Assembly (NCBI GenBank): GCA_963758295.1
Contig: CAVWUU010000001.1
Coordinates: 64,001 to 128,000 of the forward strand
Origin: Candidatus Eremiobacteria bacterium
Lineage (GTDB): Bacteria > Vulcanimicrobiota > Vulcanimicrobiia > Vulcanimicrobiales > Vulcanimicrobiaceae
Reading direction: 5' to 3'
DNA length: 64,000 bases
Below, one piece after another: positions 58,334 to 64,000 of the stretch. The position numbers were made by a program, and so were the translations under genes. A model generated the notes under the pieces. The model saw only the letters and a program-made list of their open reading frames with translations, was not told the DNA's origin and did no database searches. Numbering within the stretch: position 1 is the first letter of the stretch; each line of letters starts with the position of its first letter.

Positions 58334-60616
58334 TTAGAAACTTTGGCCGATGCCGAAGCTAGTGTGCGTGCCGTTCGAACCTTTCGCGAAATCGATGCGA
58401 ACCGTTCTCAGACCAAGCTGGGGAACGTCGAACCGGAAACCGACGCCGAAGTCGCCGCGCTGCGCCCAGTCACCCGGGTAGCCGATGATTCGGTTGGTGT
58501 ACGGGTCGAGCAGAGGCGACGCACCGCGAATTCGGTAGTTTAATTCGTCGACGAACGCAACCACCGAAAGACGGCGATCCGACGTTAGCGGCTGGCGAAG
58601 CTCCGCCTGGCCGAGCAACGCGTCGGTCGCGTAGAAAACTTGGTCGTAACCGCGCAGCTGCTGATCCGAGAACGTAAACAGGGAGCTTGGCGGGATTACG
58701 CCCGTCGACAGCTGCCCTTGTCCGTGAACCGCGAACGTCGCCGAGCGCAATACCGGGAAGAAGCGTGCCACGTTCAGCGTTTCTTGCGTGAACTGAAAGC
58801 TCGAGCGCAAGAACGACGGGGACGAGATCACGCTGCTCAGCTGCGCGTTATAGCCGACGCGCGGGTTGAACGGATCGTCGACGGTGGCCGTCGTCGTTCC
58901 GACGGAGAACGTCAGCGAGTTGAGCTGATACGGTTGGCCGGTATTAACGTTCGCGATCGACGTCGCGGCGATACCGAACGAGCCGTTGAGATTTTGGTTC
59001 GACGAGTTGAGCGGTCCCGGCGTCGGGCCGATCAGCACGTTGGGCTGCGAACCTTGGAAGTAGTACGGCGTCGGAACCGTCGTGTCGTAGCGCACCGATT
59101 GAATCGTTGCCTGCACGCCGGTCTGAATGTAATCGGTCAAACGGCGGCCGACGTTGAAGCTTGCGCCGTTTGCCGACGATTGGCTCGTCGCCACGACGCC
59201 GCTGATTAGACCGGCGTTCTGGCTCGGGTAGAGCGTCACCGGAACCGGCGGAGGCGTCCCGCCCACGACCGGCGCGGAACCGATCGCCGACGCGCTCGTT
59301 ACGGAGTACACCGGATAGAAGTACGTCGAGCCGTTCGAGAAAAGGCTGGCGCCCACGGAGTACAGCTGAGACTTCGGCGTATTGCCGACGTACGGGACTT
59401 GCACTTGCAGTTGCGACGTGTACGTACGCGCACCGCGTTGGAACTGAATCGAAGCGGTGTTGCCGGTGCCGTGCAGGTTGTTGTCCTGATAGCCGAGCGT
59501 TCCGTACAAGCCTTGGCCGGTGATGCCGCCGGAGTAGCCGAAGCCTACCGATGCGGAAGCGGTGCGCTGTTCGGTAACGTTCCATACGAGGGTCACGTCC
59601 TGCGGCTTCTTCGGATCGGGGCCTTCTTTCACGTCGGGCGAAACCTTCGAGAAGAATCCGAGCGCGTTCAAACGTTCGTAGTCGCGCTTCACGGCGTCGG
59701 TATTCAGCACCATGCCGGGGCGCACGCGAAGTTCACGACGGATGACTTGGTCTTTCGTGCGCGTGTTGCCGGTGATCTGCACGGCGGCGATGCGCGCGAC
59801 GTAGACGTTGTACTTCACGTTGGCGGTGCCGGCCTTTAGATCGATCGACGACGGATCGATGCCGCCTTCAAAGTTGCCGAGTTCGACGTGGAGTTTGTCG
59901 TCGTAGAATTTCTTGAGCGCGTCCTGATCCTTTTGACGGATGTCGTCGGAGTATTCCATCCCCGGCTTCAGCGTCAGTTGCGGTAGCAGGTACTGCGGCG
60001 GAAGCAGCGGGTCGCCGCCGATCTCGATGTTCTTAACCGTGAGGCCTTCTTGAATCGAAAGCAGCAACGAACCGGATTTCGGATCGAGGTTGATGTCTTT
60101 GACGTGCGTCGGAACTTGGCCACCGTAGCCGATGCGCTCGTAGTAGTTATTGATCTTCAGCACGTCCTGGCGGAACGTGTTCGTATTGAAGACTTGGCCG
60201 ACGGAAAGATCCATCAGCGCTAAAAGCGTGTCGCTCGGAACCTTGTTGTTGCCCGAGAATTTGATGCTCGAGATAACGGGGTTTTCGATGACGCGATAGG
60301 TGATCGCCACGCCGTTTGGACGCGGGCGCACGAGCGGCGGCGCGACGTCGGCGAAATAGCCAAGCGCATTGATGCGCTGCAAATCCGCAGCGACGATGCG
60401 CGGATCGTACGGTAGACCCGGCCGCGCACCGACGACATCCATAATGGCTGCAGTCGGGACGTGGAGGTTGCCCGTTACGTCGACGGAGACGATCTTAGGC
60501 GCCGGGCCGGTGTCGGCCGCAGGCGTCGATACTGGCGTCACCATCACGACGAGAGCGAGCAGGGCACCCACGCACCGGACCAGTGCACGAGGCGCGCGCC
60601 GAAGGTCAAAGGTCAT
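58334..60616 (-). CDS. bamA: Omp85/BamA outer-membrane assembly factor
   Basis: About four POTRA-like repeats (e.g. ITGNTRTKDQVIRRE), NNLHGTG, LRGY, C-terminal FGIGQSF. Confidence 0.9.
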   Translation of the reverse strand: MTFDLRRAPRALVRCVGALLALVVMVTPVSTPAADTGPAPKIVSVDVTGNLHVPTAAIMDVVGARPGLPYDPRIVAADLQRINALGYFADVAPPLVRPRPNGVAITYRVIENPVISSIKFSGNNKVPSDTLLALMDLSVGQVFNTNTFRQDVLKINNYYERIGYGGQVPTHVKDINLDPKSGSLLLSIQEGLTVKNIEIGGDPLLPPQYLLPQLTLKPGMEYSDDIRQKDQDALKKFYDDKLHVELGNFEGGIDPSSIDLKAGTANVKYNVYVARIAAVQITGNTRTKDQVIRRELRVRPGMVLNTDAVKRDYERLNALGFFSKVSPDVKEGPDPKKPQDVTLVWNVTEQRTASASVGFGYSGGITGQGLYGTLGYQDNNLHGTGNTASIQFQRGARTYTSQLQVQVPYVGNTPKSQLYSVGASLFSNGSTYFYPVYSVTSASAIGSAPVVGGTPPPVPVTLYPSQNAGLISGVVATSQSSANGASFNVGRRLTDYIQTGVQATIQSVRYDTTVPTPYYFQGSQPNVLIGPTPGPLNSSNQNLNGSFGIAATSIANVNTGQPYQLNSLTFSVGTTTATVDDPFNPRVGYNAQLSSVISSPSFLRSSFQFTQETLNVARFFPVLRSATFAVHGQGQLSTGVIPPSSLFTFSDQQLRGYDQVFYATDALLGQAELRQPLTSDRRLSVVAFVDELNYRIRGASPLLDPYTNRIIGYPGDWAQRGDFGVGFRFDVPQLGLRTVRIDFAKGSNGTHTSFGIGQSF

Positions 60617-60758
60617 GCGAAAACGTTGTCCTCGAACGAATAAAGAAAGCTGACGGTGTCAGCCAAGCTAACGCGCAATGGGCGCGTCTTGTTTCGGATT
60701 CCGGCCCACAGTTCGCGTAAGGCCCCCCCGGTCCTTGCCTCGGCTGAAGCCTGGGGAT

Positions 60759-63700
60759 TTACCAATAGAGCCGTTGCAGGGTGAAGCTAAAGCCACTCGT
60801 GCCCTGCAACGCCTCACCGACGTTCAGGCGGGAATTTGTTGTCACAATAGTCTCCGGCGTTTGGAACAGCCTGGTTGGCCCGTTCTGAAAGAAGAACGAG
60901 AGCTGCGCGCTCGTTGCATCGCTTCCCTGGAGCGCCAAGCCGAACGACTGCCGCATCGGCAAACCAAAGGTGCTCGAATAGATGAAGTTCACCGTGCGGC
61001 CAAGGACCTTTCGAGCCGAGACCCCGACGTTTCCATAGTAGTCCACGGTCAGGTTGATGTCCTGAAAACCCAGGCCCTGCGAGATGGCCGTCTCCAGCGG
61101 CGAGAGCAGGCCGGCCGTGAACTGGGTGTTCAGAATATTGAAAGCCTCTTGGCCCACGGAGATCGTTCCGCTCTGCTGAGTCGCGAGCGTGCTGCCGGGT
61201 ACGGGCTGCAGCGCGCCCAGCTGCTGGGGCGATCCCGGCGTCGTTTGATTGATTCCCGGCGTGTAGCCGATGCCGTTAATGAAGCCGCCGAAGGGCGCGA
61301 TCATCGCGAGGATCTGTTCCTTGGTGTAGCCGGGCGGGTTAGAGTCGAACGCGACCCGCAAATTCGTAACCGGACCGTCTACGTTGATCGTAATGTCCGC
61401 AGAGCCATAGGGATTCCGCGCCACGTCCGGGTCCGGGTTCGTAACGTGGGTCACACCGACCGCATGCAGGTTCGGGATCACGCCGTTGGAGGGGTCGAAG
61501 GCGACCGAAGCCTGCTGGACCCGGAATGCGCGGTCGACGTAGGTCAGCGTGCCGCCTGTCGAGGTGAAGCCGCCGCTTAAGGTCGGCGCCTTTAGGTCCC
61601 CGGCTAGGCGAACGGCGCCCGTCGCGCCGATATCGAGGCCCGCGCCCACGCCGCCGCCTCGTACGCGGACATTTCTGCCGGCCATGAGCGACAGATCGAA
61701 GCCAAGGTTGAACGGCAGACCCTGCGGCGAGGAGCCGTTCGACGACTGCGTGGCGGCTAGAAAGGCCGCGAACGGAATGGTCGCGTTATCGAGCACCGCC
61801 GCACCTTTGACGACCGCTTCGCCGTCGGGCTTTTTCGTAAGAGCCATCTTCGCTTCGATCGTCCCGCGCCCGTAGGACGGCAGATCCAGCTGCGCGCCTT
61901 TCGCGACCACGTTCACGTCGAAGCCCGTTCCCCCGGAGCCGGCGCTTTGCAGGCCTTGCGGCAACACGATTCGTCCCGAGCCGTCGACGCTTCCGGATCC
62001 GAAGTTCGCGTGCAGTTTTTCGACGGCCGCTTCAGTGCGATTGAACGTCAATGCCGTCGTGATGTCGGTGACGGGTACGCGATCGAAATCGCTTTCGTAG
62101 CTGCCCTTTGCGATCGAGAACTGGCCGAACACGCGCGGCTGTGCGCGGGTGCCTCGCAAACCAACTTCGCCGTTGATCGTTCCGCCAAGCTTTGTGTTGT
62201 TTCCGAGCAACGGTTCGAAGTCGGCCGGGTCCACCGCGTTGACGGAAAGGTCGAAGCTCATCGGCGCGTTGGGCGACGCCGCGCCGAAAGATCCGAGTTG
62301 CAACGGCAGCGTTCCGGCCAGCGTCATTTCCCCTTTGTCGAGCGCGACGCCGGCATTGCGTAATTCCAGATTGCGATCGTGTACACGAAGCTCGCCGAAC
62401 GCCGAGACGATCTTCAAGTGATACGCATCGACGTTGGTTGCGTCGAACGCCGCGTCGAACGTGGGGCGCGCGAAGCTGCCGCCTACGCGCACGGTCGATT
62501 CGAACGATCCCGTAACCGGAATCTCGTAGCGCCACAGCTGCGCGACGAAGCGCGGTAAATCCGACGTGCTGGCATGCAGGCTAAGGTCGAGCGGCGCCGT
62601 TTTCGCAAGACCAAAACTTCCTTCGGCTGTCGCCTCGATGCCGGCGGTCGTCATCTCGGCTTTGTCGATCGAAATGCGCGAACGGTTCGAGCTGAACGAA
62701 AGGCCGAACGAATCGATCGGCAAACGCCAAATGGTTCCTTGATGCAATTCAGACGTTCCGCGCAGACTCAACGCCGGATACCGCCCGGTGACGGTTGCGT
62801 CGGCATCGACATGGCCGGTAATCGGAATCTCGGGGAAACCCAAGGCCGCAACCCACGTTGAGAGATCCGCTTCGTCGAGATCCAACTGCAGGTTGTAGCG
62901 CGACTGTGTGACGACGTGTTGCCACACGGCCGACGGCGCAAGGTTGACGTTTCCTTTCGCGCGCAGCGAACCGCTGTCGCCGCCAACCGCAATCGAGCCG
63001 TGCAATAAATTGCGCCGGCTCGACCAAAACGCGCGCGTATCGCCGATCGCCAAGTTGCGATACCGGAATCCGCGCAAGTCGACGTTGCCGTTGGACACGA
63101 GGCGGTTTTGCTGCGACACGAGATTAAAGTTTACGGGCCCGTCGCCGTGCAGGGTATCGCCCGTATCAAAAAAGTTATCGAAGTCGGAGAGATGCGCGTA
63201 GGGCGCGCGGACGTGCACGCCGCTGATTTGCTGCTGTTTGCGCGCGGCAAACGTCACGCGCGTCGTGCCGACTAAAACGCTGCCGCGCCGCGCACGTACG
63301 CCGTTCGTATCGGCCGAGATCATAGCCGACGCATCGACGAACGAAAGACCGTTTACGTCGCCCGCGGGCACGCGCATCTCGCCCGTCACGCTTGGCTTCA
63401 ATCCCGAGCCGCCGATCGTCATCGATCCGTTGAACGTGCCTTCCGTGTTATAGGCAGGCAATTGAAGCGTCTGCAAAATGCGCCCGATGTCGCCCGCCGG
63501 AACGTCCGTGCGTAAATCGTACGACGGCGTTCCCGACGTCAACGTTCCGAGCGTTCCGGACGCCAGTGTGTAGGTTCCATTGAGTCCGCCGACGGCGTGA
63601 TCGAGCTGCGCGCGATCGCCGCCCAAATGCACGAGGCTGCTACCGGCGATGTGATATTGCTGCATGCGGCCGTTGGCGATTGCTACACCGCCGTCGAAGC

Positions 63701-64000
63701 GCGGCAACGGCGAATCGCCGCCGAGATCTCCGCTCGCATCCACGCTTCCATCTTCCAGCGGCAAACCGATGCCATGCAAACCGGCGCCGTGCAATCCCCT
63801 CGCCACGAGCGAGAGCGCCTTCGGTCCAGGCCGATTGCTCGTGTCGTAGGAGCCCGCTGCAACGATGTCGCCGCCGGCGATTGTCGCGTGCGCGCTATAG
63901 ACGCGCAGCGTGCCGCCCGCAATCGCTAACGTTCCCGTTGCCTGTGAAATGGGAATGCCGCGAATCGAGGCGTCGTGCAGAGCAACGTTTTCGGCTTGCA
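60759..64000 (-). CDS. tamB: TamB/AsmA-like translocation and assembly protein (5' end outside the window)
   Basis: Frame stays open to 64000 (QAENVALHDASIRG...); beta-taco repeats; C-terminal DUF490-like F.SNPP...EQIL; upstream of bamA. Confidence 0.85.
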   Translation of the reverse strand, partial: QAENVALHDASIRGIPISQATGTLAIAGGTLRVYSAHATIAGGDIVAAGSYDTSNRPGPKALSLVARGLHGAGLHGIGLPLEDGSVDASGDLGGDSPLPRFDGGVAIANGRMQQYHIAGSSLVHLGGDRAQLDHAVGGLNGTYTLASGTLGTLTSGTPSYDLRTDVPAGDIGRILQTLQLPAYNTEGTFNGSMTIGGSGLKPSVTGEMRVPAGDVNGLSFVDASAMISADTNGVRARRGSVLVGTTRVTFAARKQQQISGVHVRAPYAHLSDFDNFFDTGDTLHGDGPVNFNLVSQQNRLVSNGNVDLRGFRYRNLAIGDTRAFWSSRRNLLHGSIAVGGDSGSLRAKGNVNLAPSAVWQHVVTQSRYNLQLDLDEADLSTWVAALGFPEIPITGHVDADATVTGRYPALSLRGTSELHQGTIWRLPIDSFGLSFSSNRSRISIDKAEMTTAGIEATAEGSFGLAKTAPLDLSLHASTSDLPRFVAQLWRYEIPVTGSFESTVRVGGSFARPTFDAAFDATNVDAYHLKIVSAFGELRVHDRNLELRNAGVALDKGEMTLAGTLPLQLGSFGAASPNAPMSFDLSVNAVDPADFEPLLGNNTKLGGTINGEVGLRGTRAQPRVFGQFSIAKGSYESDFDRVPVTDITTALTFNRTEAAVEKLHANFGSGSVDGSGRIVLPQGLQSAGSGGTGFDVNVVAKGAQLDLPSYGRGTIEAKMALTKKPDGEAVVKGAAVLDNATIPFAAFLAATQSSNGSSPQGLPFNLGFDLSLMAGRNVRVRGGGVGAGLDIGATGAVRLAGDLKAPTLSGGFTSTGGTLTYVDRAFRVQQASVAFDPSNGVIPNLHAVGVTHVTNPDPDVARNPYGSADITINVDGPVTNLRVAFDSNPPGYTKEQILAMIAPFGGFINGIGYTPGINQTTPGSPQQLGALQPVPGSTLATQQSGTISVGQEAFNILNTQFTAGLLSPLETAISQGLGFQDINLTVDYYGNVGVSARKVLGRTVNFIYSSTFGLPMRQSFGLALQGSDATSAQLSFFFQNGPTRLFQTPETIVTTNSRLNVGEALQGTSGFSFTLQRLYW

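Noticed and set aside
63807..64000. Separate gene or frameshift upstream of the tamB ORF-track start
   Set aside because: Manual translation shows the tamB frame is open to the window edge.

Overview
GC-rich diderm bacterial chromosome segment. Gene content and style suggest a Terrabacteria diderm such as Eremiobacterota/Vulcanimicrobiota (inference only). Left to right: the 5' part of a minC-like gene with a DnaA-box cluster upstream; an M48 protease; the conserved RDD/SpoIIM/DUF58/MoxR/DUF4350/DUF4129 module; and an accessory stretch with MOSC, wHTH, pilin-like, PaiB, S53 peptidase, MmyB-like regulator and stand-alone LigD polymerase genes. Next are a five-gene overlapping operon (MFS, PLP decarboxylase, GT2, YqcI/YcgG heme N-hydroxylase, DUF1989) that looks like an undescribed guanidino-compound pathway, an OmpR-family two-component system, a giant pilin-like protein, a MacAB-type exporter, a PAS-GGDEF-EAL protein, dnaX-ybaB-recR and a RecQ with a UvrD/PcrA-like Tudor tail. 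The last ~23 kb is a minus-strand outer-membrane biogenesis cluster (tamB, bamA, three Skp/OmpH paralogs, lpxD, lpxC, fabZ, lpxA, lpxB, lptC, lptB, lptF/G and others). It has no recognisable lpxH/lpxI/lpxG, but a UshA-like metallophosphoesterase with an LpxH-like GNR motif lies directly after lpxB and is a candidate new UDP-diacylglucosamine hydrolase. Several frameshifts, one in the normally essential lptB, suggest assembly indel errors. No rRNA, tRNA, CRISPR array or mobile element was recognised. Family assignments come from motif recognition by eye, not database searches.
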